Of a stretch of 64,000 nt of DNA, positions 1-12,000 are shown piece by piece (positions within the stretch are counted from its first letter, which is position 1; the number at the start of each line of letters is the position of its first letter). The translations under genes were made by a program, and so were the position numbers. The notes beneath the pieces were generated by a model that saw nothing but the letters and a program-made list of their open reading frames with translations, was not told the origin of the DNA and searched no databases. The stretch spans positions 1 to 64,000 of the forward strand of contig MCFE01000254.1 in assembly GCA_002104905.1 (NCBI GenBank). Reading direction: 5' to 3'. Source of the DNA: Basidiobolus meristosporus CBS 931.73. Its lineage: Eukaryota > Fungi > Basidiobolomycota.

Positions 1-1029
1 ATGAAGAATTGAGAGTCGCACTTTCTTCCCAAGCCCCCTGACCAATTGGCAATACTCTCCATGGTCCGAAACCATGGGTGATATACTTGTTCTACTAAAT
101 GATTGCCATGACTACAGCTTAGTTATGCTTCGCTAAGCATAATGGAAATATATCTGTATTAAGAAATTCCCCATGACGCATCAAGTAGAAATTCCCTGGT
201 TGCGGTATCTGTTGAGCTGAGTTATAGTGCCATGGCATTTCCAAGAGCCTGGCCAAAGTGATAATGGGGTTGCCAGGAGAAACCTTCTGATTATATGTAG
301 AGTATGCTGAAGCATCTGCAGATTTTGGTAGCTTGTTGGCTCTTCTAATTGAGAGATCTAGCCAACAAATTGCTTGGTAGAAATAAAGTCAACAACTTTG
401 CAATCAGCCTAGAAGAAGCCAATGCTGTTTTGAAAGAAGCTATTAAACCCAGCCAAAGGGCAGCCAAACCACTCACATGTATACTCAGAAGCTTTATAAG
501 TTACAATCTATCTGTTACAAAATGAAGTGCGGGAAGTCATCAAAATATTGAAACTCAGTATATTAAGCTTAATATGCATACTCCACATGCAGGTATAGGA
601 TATCCATTCTAGCCTGGGGAACACAGGCTGAACAAACAATGCTAAGAGTGGGCAATAGCCACTTGGCCTAGCTAGGCCTACAAAGATAGTAAGGAGTAGA
701 AAGCACTTGCTAACTTGGTGCTTTAGCCAAGAAAAGATACAATCCGCTTGTGTTTTACTGATGTGATCATTGTTATTTTTCTGGCCAATTTTGATACATT
801 ATATTCCACAATCTGTCAATAGCTTTTAATTTGTAGAGGTTGTCTAGCTTTGGTGCTAGCCAAAATACCCCAAATATGCGGATTGGCCAAACAAGTGTCT
901 GCAATATAAAGAGACTTGTGATGAAGAGCAACAGGATTACTTGATCCGTAAACAAGCATGTCCAGTAAGCTAAGCATTAGATGTAAGTATGGTGCCAACT
1001 GATTCTGCTGTCAATTCCAGGGAATAGTG

Positions 1030-1230
1030 TGTTGTGAAAATTCATAATTGTACTTCAATACTCAATCAGCTCAGTCACTTATATCATTACCTGCAAAGCT
1101 TGGAGACTCCTGACCAAATTCCTTGCTAGGATATACCTTGAATCCTTTGCCAAAACATCAGGTACCCAGAACATCAAATTTCTCAAAGTTGTCCAAACAG
1201 CCCCAAAATATGCACACATGCCCTAGAGAA
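1030..1230 (+). repeat. Copia family A LTR, partial (5' ~200 bp)
   Basis: Begins TGTTGTGAAAATTCAT and aligns to the LTR at 8635 up to GCACACATG; interrupted by an oppositely oriented LTR at 1231. Confidence 0.8.
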
Positions 1231-2233
1231 TGTTGTAAGAGTTTTGGAGATACTTGAAGTGATTGGGAGAGCAAGTTGACCATCTGGTTTCACTTAATGA
1301 TTTATTGAATGTAAAAGTAGTATTTATACTTTTACTTGGTCTTAGCATAGTAAACACACCAAATAGATTTAGGAAGGTCCCATGAGCATGTGTGCAATGC
1401 TTGGGGCTGCTTGGACAACTTATCTAATTTTCATGTTTTGGGAACCTGATATTTTGGTGAAAATATTGTTGGTAAATTCGAATAAGGAATATGGTCAGTA
1501 TTCTCTAGGATGTGGAAGGTAATGATCTAAGTGACTAAGTAAGGTGAGTATTTAGGTGGAATTATGAATTTTTACAACATTCCCACTCAGCTAAATGTTC
1601 ATACTGACTAGTCCTAATTTTGACCTAAGATATTCAAACTTGTCTCTAGCTAATAGTTTGGTAAATATGTCTGTAACCATTTCATCTGAAGGACAGTAAG
1701 CTTAGCTAACTAAGTTATTCTCTATAGCTTTGAGTATGAAATGATGTCTAATATCTATGTGCTTGGTTCTAGCATGAAAAGTTGGATTTCTACCTAATTG
1801 TATACATCGTTGATTTTCTTGAAATAAGGTAATAAACTTTTTTTTGACATAGGCCTAAATCTGTAAAAAGCTTTCTGAGCCCCATTGCTTCTTTTGTAGC
1901 TTCACCAGCTACCATATACTCTGCTTCTATTGTAGAAAGTGCTACAGTTGGTTGCTTTCTTAAATTCCATGAAATTGCTCCTTTACAGTAAAGAAAGGTG
2001 TATCCTGTGGTGGATCTTCTGTCTTCCAAATTTTCTCCACAATCAGCATCAGAGTATCCCACAAGATCCTGTTCTGAATCCTTATAGGTGTATCTTAAGC
2101 AGATATGAGCAGCTCCTTTTAGGTATCTAAAAATCCGCTTAACTGCTGCAATATGATCAGATCCATAGTTCTGCTTATATGGCTGACAACTCCCACTGAA
2201 TATGAGATATCTGGACATGTTCCAAGCATGATA
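1231..2233 (-). mobile_element. Copia family A remnant: 3' LTR (1231-1579), PPT, RNase H/RT end
   Basis: 349-bp reverse-complement LTR. ORF 1790-2257 encodes DLVGYSDADCG..RRSTTGY..KQPTVALST (RT/RNase H). Truncated at 2233 by the next Copia insertion. Confidence 0.9.
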
Positions 2234-5200
2234 TGTTGTAAAAATTTGTATTTCCACCTAAATATTCACCTAACTTAGTCACTTAGATCATCCCCTTCAA
2301 ATCCTAGAGAATACTGACCAAATTCCTTGTCGGGATTTACTCAGAATATTTTCACCAAAATACCAGGTACCCAGAACATGAAAATTCTCAAAGTTGTCCA
2401 AACAGCCCCAAACTTTGCACACATGTTCTTGGGACCTTCCTTAACCTATTCTACGTGTTTGTAATGCCAAAACCAGGTAAAAGTATAAATACTACTTTTC
2501 CATTCAATAAATCATTAAGTGAAAACCACATAATCTACTTGTTCTCCCAATCACTTCCAATATCTCCAAGACTCTTACAACAGGTTATGAGCCCCAAGCT
2601 GTCACTCTCTGCAATGTCTACTACTGCTATTACTGGAATTTCTCCCTCTGCTGAAAAGTTGGATGGCTCTAACTACCAAGTGTGGAAGGTGAAGATGAAG
2701 ATGCTGCTACAAGAAAGAGGCCTTTGGGATATTTTCATGGGAGAAGAATGCCCTCCTAGAAACACGGGAGTGGAAGCCTGAAAGTACCAGAAGAAAGAAC
2801 AAAGTGCCTTTAACTGCATTTGCCTTAATGTCAAGGACAAATTGCTAATTCAATGCTCAAGAGCAAAAACGGCAAAGAATGCCTGGAAGGCATTGGAAGA
2901 CACCTACCAGTCATGTTCAGCTGCCAAGAAAATGTATCTGAGACAAAAATTCTTTACTACAAAGATGCTGCCAGGAGAAGAAATGAAAAATCTAATTAAC
3001 AGAATTACCCTGCTGGTAGATGAGATGGAATCTGTGGGCATACCAACTACTGATGAGAATGTGACAGTTACCATCCTGAATAGCCTGACAGACAAGTTTC
3101 AGGGCCTTGTATCAGCCCTAGAGTCCAGAACTGAAGATTTGACCTTAAATTACGTATATGGAAGGCTCCTGGATGAAGAATTAAGAAAATCAAGCGCCAA
3201 TAAGAAGGAAGAAGAAAATGCTTTAATAAGCAATGATAACCAACAAAGGAGGTACCCAAGACCCTACAAAGGCAACAGCAATCTATTTTGCAGCTACTGC
3301 AAAAGGAAAGGACACACATCAGACCGGTGTCTCAAAAAGAGAGATTATCAGCAAAAGAAGCCTGAATATGGAAATGCTGCAACAACTGAAGATAGATTAT
3401 TCATATCTGCACTAAATATGACCACAAACAAGGATTCTCAGACGTGGTATATTGACTCTGGATCATCTCAACACTTTACACACCAAAAAGAACTTTTTAC
3501 CCAATATCAAGAAATTCCAATTAAGAAGGTTTTCATGGGTGACAATAGAACACTTGATGCAGTAGGAGAAGGAACTACCCAAGTAAATCTTAGAAGCAGT
3601 GATGGAAGCCATACACTGACCTTTAAAGAAGTACTCTATGTACCAGAAATAGCCAAGAACCTACTCTCTGTAAGCAAGGCCACAGCAGAAGGACTCAGTT
3701 TCAGTTTTGACAATTCTGGATGTAGGATCACTGATCAAAATGGTGTTCATATTGCTTTGGGCATCAGAGATCAGAATCTATACAAGTTGACTTATATTCC
3801 ATCATATCTGGAAGCCAATGTAAGCAACTTAAATGAAGAAACACCAATGCTTTGGCACAGGAGATTTGGGCACATCAATTTTGATTATTTGAGCAAAATG
3901 ATCAAAGATCAGCTAATTTCTGGAGTGAAATTTGATCCCCCAGCTAATTTGGAGTGCTGTGAAGCCTGCATATATGGGAAACAAGCCAGACAACCGTTCA
4001 AGAGCTCTGGGTTAATCAAAACTAAGAAAAAATTAGATCTAATTCACTCAGATCTGTGTGGACCTATGCAAAATTTATCCTTAGGCGGGATGAAGTATTT
4101 AATCACTTTTATTGATGATTATACAAGATACACATGGGTCTACTTCATGGAGAGAAAGGAAGAAGCTCTGTCTAAGTTCAGGGAGTTTAAAGCCATGGTG
4201 GAGAGAGAAACTGGTGAAAAAATCAACAAAATATGCTCTGACAATGGTGGAGAATATACCTCAAAACTCTTCATCCACTTCTGCTAAATTCATGGGATAT
4301 ACCAAGAGACTACTGTACCATACTCCCCACAGCAAAATGGAGTAGCAGAACAAGCTAACAGATCAATAATTGATATGGCAAGATCTATGATCCATGATCA
4401 AAAATTATCCTATGATTTTTAGGCGGAATCAGTTGCCACTGCTGTATACCTTAAAAATAAGAGTTATAACAGAATACTTTGTGATTCTACTCCATTTGAA
4501 GCATGGTATGGATACAGACCAAGTGCAGAACATCTAAGAATATTTGGGTGTACAGCATATGCCAAAAAACTGGCCGGAAATCAGTCAAAATTTGAGCCAA
4601 AAAGTGTAAAATGCATATTTTTGGGCTACTGCAATGAGAGTAAGGCATACAGACTCTACAATACCAAAGCAAAGAAGCTGATCAAGTCCAGGGATGTGCT
4701 GTATGATGAAAATTCAAAATTTTCACAAAAATGACATCAGATGATGACAAAAATTTGATCTCAAGTCCACAAATTGTCAGGATTGAATCAGAGCAAAACA
4801 AAGAATTTTTTTCACTCCAGAGGACTCTACAACCGTGGTTCAGCCAGAATCAGTGCCCAGGAATATCCCAGAAGTGATCATTCTAGTATCAAATGCCCGG
4901 AGATCCAATTGGACAAGAAATAGCCCAAATTACTATATCAATGAGGATACAAACTTAGCCTATGCCTATTCAGTCCATGTTGATGAACCCCAGACTGTAA
5001 AAGAGGCCCCAAATAGCCCTCAGACAAAGTTTTGGAGATCTGCTATGACTGAGGAATATCAGGCACTGATTGAAAATCAAACTTGGGACTTAGTCAAATT
5101 ACCAATCAACTAAAAATCAATTGGATGCAGATGGGTCTTCAAGACAAAATACAAGGCTGATGGTACAATTGAAAGATACAAGGCAAGACTTGTAGCCAAA

Positions 5201-6758
5201 GGATACTCTCAAACAAAAGGACTTGACTATACTGAGACCTTTGCACCGGTAGCCAAGTTTAATTCCATCAGATTAATATTGGCTATTGCAGCCAAATATA
5301 AGTTTTTTACTCATCAAATGGATGTAAAAACTGCATTTTTGAATGAAGAACTTGATGAGGACATGTATATGGACCAGCCTGATGGGTTTGCTGACCAAGA
5401 TAACCCCCATTTGGTCTGCAAGCTTAAAAAGTCACTATATGGTCTCAAACAATCACCAAGAGCCTGGAATTGCAAGATAGATTCTTATTTGGAATCTTTG
5501 AGTTTCAAAAGAAGTAATGCTGACTATAGTATATACTATAAGCCAGATAGAGCAAATCCAGTTCTATTAGCTCTATATGTGGATGATCTTATTATAGCCG
5601 CCAATAACCTAGAAACATTGGAGGAGACTAAATCCAGCCTATCTAAGGAGTTCAAGATGTCTGATTTAGGAGAACTTAGTTACTACTTAGGGATTAAGTT
5701 CTCCATAGACAGAAGTACACAGACTATTACCCTAAGCCAATCCAAGTATATTCAAGATATACTAAAGAAGTACAAAATGGAAGACTGTAAACCGGCAGCT
5801 ACCCCAATGGAGACAAACCTTAACTTAGTCAAAACTCAACCAAATCAAGAGAGCTTGGTGCCATCTGAAAGCCCTGACTTTCCTTATCAATCTATGGTCG
5901 GCAGTCTGATGTATATCATGGTTGGAACATGTCCAGATATCTCATATTCAGTGGGAGTTGTCAGCCAACATAATCAGAATTATGGATCTGATCATATTGC
6001 AGCAGTTAAGCGGATTTTTAGATACCTAAAAGGAACTGCTGATATCTGCTTAAGATACACTCATAAGGATTCAGAGCAGGATCTTGTGGGATACTCTGAT
6101 GCTGATTGGGGACAAAATTTGGAAGACAGAAGATCCACCACAGGATACACCTTTCTTACTGTAAAGGAGCAATTTCATGGAATTCAAAAAGCAACCAACC
6201 GTAACACTTTCTACTACAGAGGCAGAGTATATGGCAGCCTGTGAAGCTACAAAAGAAGCAATGTGGTTAAGAAAGCTCTTTACAGATTTAGGCCTATGTC
6301 AAAAAATGCCTATTACTTTATTTCAAGATAATCCAGGATGTATACAATTAGGTAGAAATCCAACTTTTCATGCTAGAACCAAGCACATAGATATTAGACA
6401 AAATTTCATACATGAAGCTATAGAGAATAACTTAGTTAGCTTAGCTTACTGTCCTACAGATGAAATGATTGCAGACATATTTACCAAACCACTAGCTAGA
6501 GACAAGTTTGAATATCTTAGGTCAAAATTAGGACTGGTCAGTATGAAAATTTAGCTGAGTGGGAGTGTTGTAAAAATTTGTAATTCCACCTAAATATTCA
6601 CCTTACTTAGTCACTTAGAGCATTACCCTCCACAACCTAGAGAATACTGACCAAATTCCTAGTTGGGATTTACTTAGAATATTTTCACCAAAATACCAGG
6701 TACCCAGAACATGAAAATTCTCAACGTTGTCCAAACAGCCCCAAACTTTGCACACATG
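2234..6758 (+). mobile_element. Copia family A, near full length, 3' LTR truncated
   Basis: 5' LTR 2234-2582 (TGTTG..CAACA), PBS GGTTATGAGCCCC at 2583, PPT GAGTGGGAG, 3' LTR 6566-6758 cut off by a PHIS fragment. Confidence 0.95.
2614..6554 (+). pseudogene. Copia gag-pol pseudogene (gag, zinc knuckle, protease, integrase, RT, RNase H)
   Basis: Collinear with the intact ORF 9016-12960 but split by frameshifts and stops into ORF-track pieces 2455, 2842, 4835, 5279 and 6177. Confidence 0.95.
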
Positions 6759-7400
6759 ACTTCAGACAGTTTGCCTTGTATCTGAAGAATAAAAGTGTTT
6801 CTGCACTCTAGATGGTTTGTTAATCCTCACTGAAATGGTTTTCAAAATACTACTGACACAGAACCTGTTGCTGAGCATTCAGAGATATGAAAGTTGATTA
6901 GAGCTCTGAGCCTAGCATTTCAAGATTGCTCTACATCACTCCTACCCTCTAAAAGATGGTTCTCCATTGCTGTCAGCTGGGAATGAAAGCATTTAGGACT
7001 TTTGTTACTGTGGATGGTGGGATTAAACCTTGTTGGGCAATAGTTCTTGTAACAGCAGAGAAGCTTGACAAGGGATCTCCTTAGTAGGTTGGGGTGGATG
7101 ATCCACAGTACTTGGTATTGATCTCTTCAAATGTGTCAAAAGGAAATCAAGTGGTAGTGATGGACTTAGTGAAAAAAGACCATTCAGATGCGTAAATCAT
7201 ATTTAGATTTATCAATGATGGCAGCAGACTGAGTTGAATTTGGTTTGCACAATTAGCTTGACTTATCTAATTTTCCATGCATTATGATCAATTCTTCATC
7301 AATTGCCATGTATCCCATTGTTATATAGCAAGAATCATCCCCAAACAATGACTTGGTGAATAAGATACATGCTCAAATGTTTTCTTGATTCTCAGCACAA
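6759..7400 (-). pseudogene. PHIS (Harbinger-type) transposase 5' half plus upstream region, second diverged copy
   Basis: Reverse complement aligns to ~60630-61193 (ATGatttacgcatctgaatggtct.. vs ATGacttactcatctgaatggtct..; cttctctgct.ttacaagaactattgccc shared). Confidence 0.85.
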
Positions 7401-7408
7401 GTGATATT

Positions 7409-7706
7409 TGTTGTGAAAATTTGCATTTACACCTAAATATTCACCTAACTTAGTCACTTAGATCATTACCTTCAGATCCTAGAGAATACTGACTAAATTC
7501 CTTGTTGGGATTAACCAACAATATTTTCACCAAAATATCAGGTTCCCAGAACATGATAATTAGTTAAGTTGTCCAAAGAGCCCCAAGCATTTCACATATG
7601 TGCATAGGACCTCCCTATATCTATTATGTATTTCTATGCCAAGACCAATTAAAAGTATAAATACTACTTTTTCATACAATATATCATTAAGTGAAAACCA
7701 CATAAT
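7409..7706 (+). repeat. Copia family A LTR, truncated by MITE insertion
   Basis: TGTTGTGAAAATTTG start; aligns to LTR A up to CACATAAT. Confidence 0.85.
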
Positions 7707-8324
7707 AAACTTGTTCCGTTGGATAGTGCCACATTGAGCCATGAGTGCCAAATGATGCCATAATGTGCCAGAGAGGTAAAGTGAGCCTATACTTGGCCAC
7801 AAAGTGTGATACATAGCTCTGCATCTTCATGTAAAGCAGCCCCTGCGTTTCACCCATTGCACAGGAGAAAATCCATTTCTGAAGATATGCATCTGGTACA
7901 TAATACCCATGGCACTCTGAATCTAGCTCCTGTAGCTTGTATCATGTCACAAAAATGAATGACACTATCTTGGTCCACTGGTACTATCTGGCACTATAAG
8001 TGCTTTATACAGTTTTACTTCAGGGCTAATATTTAAATATAGTGCCAGATAGTACTAATAGACCAAGATAGTGCAATGCATTTTTGTGACAAGTTATAAA
8101 CCACTGGAGCTAGACTCAGAGTGCCACAGGTATTGATTTCCAGAGGCATCCCTTCAGTCCTTCTGGGCTTATACAAATGATGCTCAACAATGATCCCAAA
8201 AAAAGGTCAAAATGGACTATCTCCAGCACAGAGGGTGATACCAAGAGGCTGCTTTGCATGAGGATGTAGAGATAAAGTTTACACTTTGTGGCCAAGTATA
8301 GGCTTACTTGGCCTCTCTGGCACT
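7707..8324. mobile_element. Foldback PHIS MITE, degenerate and truncated
   Basis: Starts AAACTTGTTCCGTTGGATAGTGCCAC after AAT. Same arm-spacer-inverted arm layout as 29260-29993, with a deletion in the left arm and a diverged, truncated right arm. Confidence 0.85.
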
Positions 8325-8634
8325 GATTTCTCACACATTGGGGTGCTTAGCTTCTTGATGCAAGAGCATATGTGTTTTGATGTGCACATCTTTTCTCAGT
8401 ATTTTCTAACTCTTCCTGACTGTCCTCCATGTGCCAATTCAACATGTCCATTAAGAGTTTAAGAGGCATTTTCTTGATGAGATTGGGATGTGTTAGTACT
8501 TGCAACTTTACTTGTCTTCCTATCTTTTCATACATTGACTCCATAGGAAACTCTCAAAAGATGAAGCAAAGTCCAGTATTCTGTACACATCAAGCAAGAT
8601 GAAGAATACAATGGGTACAGTAACATCAGAGATC

Positions 8635-8984
8635 TGTTGTAAAAATTCGTATTTTCCACCTAAATATTCACCTAACTTAGTCACTTAGATCATCACCTTC
8701 AAATCCTAGAGAATACTGACCAAATTCCTTGTCGGGATTTACTTAGAATATTTTCACCAAAATACCAGGTACCCAGAACATGAAAATTCTCAAAGTTGTC
8801 CAAACAGCCCCAAACTTTGCACACATGTTCTTGGGACCTTCCTTAACCTATTCTACGTGTTTGTAATGCCAAGACCATGTAAAAGTATAAATACTACTTT
8901 TACATTCAATAAATCATTAAGTGAAAAACACATAATCTACTTGTTCTCCAAATCACTTCCAATATCTCCAAGACTCTTACAACA
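8635..8984 (+). repeat. 5' LTR, family A
   Basis: TGTTGTAAAA..CTTACAACA; TATAAATA at 8886-8893. Confidence 0.97.
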
Positions 8985-8997
8985 GGTTATGAGCCCC
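8985..8997 (+). promoter_or_regulatory. Primer binding site complementary to the anticodon arm of initiator tRNA-Met
   Basis: GGTTATGAGCCCC directly after the LTR. Its first 12 nt are the reverse complement of GGGCUCAUAACC, the anticodon stem-loop of yeast tRNAiMet. Confidence 0.9.
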
Positions 8998-9015
8998 GAG
9001 CTGTCACTCTCTGCA

Positions 9016-12000
9016 ATGTCTACTACTGCTATTACTGGAATTTTTCCCTCTGCTGAAAAGTTGGATGGATCTAACTACCAAGTGTGGAAGGTGAAGATGA
9101 AGATGCTGCTACAAGAAAGAGGCCTTTGGGATATTGTCATGGGAGAAGAATGCCCTCCTAAAAACGTGGGAGAGGAAGCCTTGAAGTACCAGAAGAAAGA
9201 ACAAAGTGCCTTTAACTGCATTTGCCTTAATGTCAAGGACAAATTGCTAATTCAATGCTCAAGAGCAAAAACGGCAAAGAATGCCTGGAAAGCATTAGAA
9301 GACACCTACCAGTCATGTTCAGCTGCCAAGAAAATGTATCTGAGAAGAAAATTCTTTACTACAAAGATGCTGCCAGGAGAAGAAATGAAAAATCTAATTA
9401 ACAGAATTACCCTGCTGGTAGATGAGATGGAATCTGTGGGCGTACCAACTACTGATGAGGATGTGATAGTTACCATCCTGAATAGCCTGACAGACGAGTT
9501 TCAGGGCCTTGTATCAGCCCTAGAGTCCAGAACTGAAGATTTGACCTTAAATTACGTATATGGAAGGCTCCTGGATGAAGAATTAAGAAAATCAAGCGCC
9601 AATAAGAAGGAAGAAGAAAATGCTTTAATAAGCAATGATAACCAACAAAGGAGGTACCCAAGACCCTACAAAGGCAACAGCAACCTATTTTGCAACTACT
9701 GCAAAAGGAAAGGACACACATCAGACCGATGTTTCAAAAAGAGAGATTATCAGCAAAAGAAGCCTGAATATGGAAATGCTGTAACAACTGAAGATAGACT
9801 ATTCATATCTGCACTAAATATGACCACAAACAAGGATTCTCAGACGTGGTATATTGACTCTGGAGCTTCTCAACACTTTACACACCAAAAAGAACTTTTT
9901 ACCCAATATCAAGAAATTCCAATTAAGAAGGTTTTCATGGGTGACGATAGAACACTTGATGCAGTGGGAGAAGGAACTATCCAAGTAAACCTTAGAAGCA
10001 GTGAAGGAAGCCATACACTGACCTTTAAAGAAGTACTCTATGTACCAGAAATAGCCAAGAACCTACTCTCTGTAAGCAAGGCCACAGCAGAAGGACTCAG
10101 TTTCAGTTTTGACAATTCTGGATGCAGGATCACTGATCAAAATGGTGCCCATATTGCTTCGGGCATCAGAGATCAGAACCTATACAAGTTGACTTATATT
10201 CCATCATATCTGGAAGCCAATATAAGTAACTTAAATGAAGAAACACCAATGCTTTGGCACAGGAGATTTGGACACATCAATTTTGATTATTTGCGTAAAA
10301 TGATCAAAGATCAGCTAATTTCTGGAGTGAAAATTGATCCCCCAGCTATTTTGGAGCACTGTGAAGCCTGCATATATGGGAAACAAGCCAGACAACCGTT
10401 CAAGAGCTCTGGGTTAATCAAAACTAAGAAAAAATTAGATCTAATTCACTCAGATCTGTGTGGACCTATGCAAAATTTATCCTTAGGCGGGATGAAGTAT
10501 TTAATCACTTTTATTGATGATTATACAAGATACACATGGGTCTACTTCATGGAGAGAAAGGAAGAAGCTCTGTCTAAGCTCAGGGAGTTCAAAGCCATGG
10601 TGGAGAGAGAAACTGGTGAAAAAATCAAGAAAATACGCTCTGACAATGGTGGAGAATATACCTCAAAACTCTTCATCCACTTCTGCAAAATTCATGGGAT
10701 AAAGCAAGAGACTACTGTACCATACTCCCCACAGCAAAATGGAGTAGCAGAACGAGCTAACAGATCAATAATTGATATGGCAAGATCTATGATCCATGAT
10801 CAAAAATTATCCTATGATTTTTGGGCAGAATCAGTTGCCACTGCTGTATATCTTAAAAATAGGAGTTATAACAGAATACTTCGTGATTCTACTCCATTTG
10901 AAGCATGGTATGGATACAGACCAAGTGCAGAACATCTAAGAATATTTGGGTGTACAGCATATGCCAAAAAACTGGCCGGAAATCAGTCAAAATTTGAGCC
11001 AAAAAGTGTAAAATGCATATTTTTGGGCTACTGCAATGAGAGTAAGGCATACAGACTCTACAATACCGAAGCAAAGAAGCTGATCAAGTCCAGGGATGTG
11101 TTGTTTGATGAAAATTCAAAATTTTCACAAAAAATGACATCAGATGATGACGAAAATTTGATCTCAAGTCCACCAATTGTCAGGATTGAATCAGAGCAAA
11201 ACAATGAAAATTTTTTCACTCCAGAGGACTCTACAACCGTGGTTCAGCCAGAATCAGTGCCCAGGAATATCCCAGAAGTGATCATTCCAGTATCAAATGC
11301 CCGGAGATCCAATCGGACAAGAAATAGCCCAAATTACTATATCAATGAGGGTACAAACTTAGCCTATGCCTATTCAGTCCATGTTGATGAACCCCAGACT
11401 GTAAAAGAGGCCCTAAATAGTCCTCAGACGAAGTTTTGGAGATCTGCAATGACTGAGGAATATCAGGCACTGATGGAAAATCAAACTTGGGACTTAGTCA
11501 AATTACCAATCAACCGAAAATCAATTGGATGCAGATGGGTCTTCAAGACAAAATACAAGGCTGATGGTACAATTGAAAGATACAAAGCAAGACTTGTAGC
11601 CAAAGGATACTCTCAAACAAAAGGACTTGACTATACTGAGACCTTTGCACCGGTAGCCAAGTTTAATTCCATCAGATTAATATTGGCTATTGCAGCCAAA
11701 TATAAGTTTTTTATTCATCAAATGGATGTAAAAACTGCATTTTTGAATGGAGAACTTGATGAGGACGTGTATATGGACCAGCCTGATGGGTTTGTTGACC
11801 AAGATAACCCCCATTTGGTCTGCAAGCTTAAAAAGTCACTATATGGTCTCAAACAATCACCAAGAGCCTGGAATTGCAAGATAGATTCTTATTTGGAATC
11901 TTTGAGTTTCAAAAGGAGTAATGCTGACTATAGTATATACTATAAGCCAGATAGAGCAAATCCAGTTCTATTAGCTCTATATGTGGATGATCTTATTATA

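Noticed and set aside
1-1029. Possible gene in the first kilobase (ORFs 773-955 and 816-998)
   Set aside because: Short frames with frequent stops and no recognisable motif; probably another decayed repeat, but I cannot classify it.
8857-9015. N-terminal 53-aa extension of the gag-pol ORF (MFVMPRPCKS..), also at 2455, 13194 and 57690
   Set aside because: It starts at a GTG inside the LTR, upstream of the TATA-like motif at 8886; most likely a chance open frame through R/U5.
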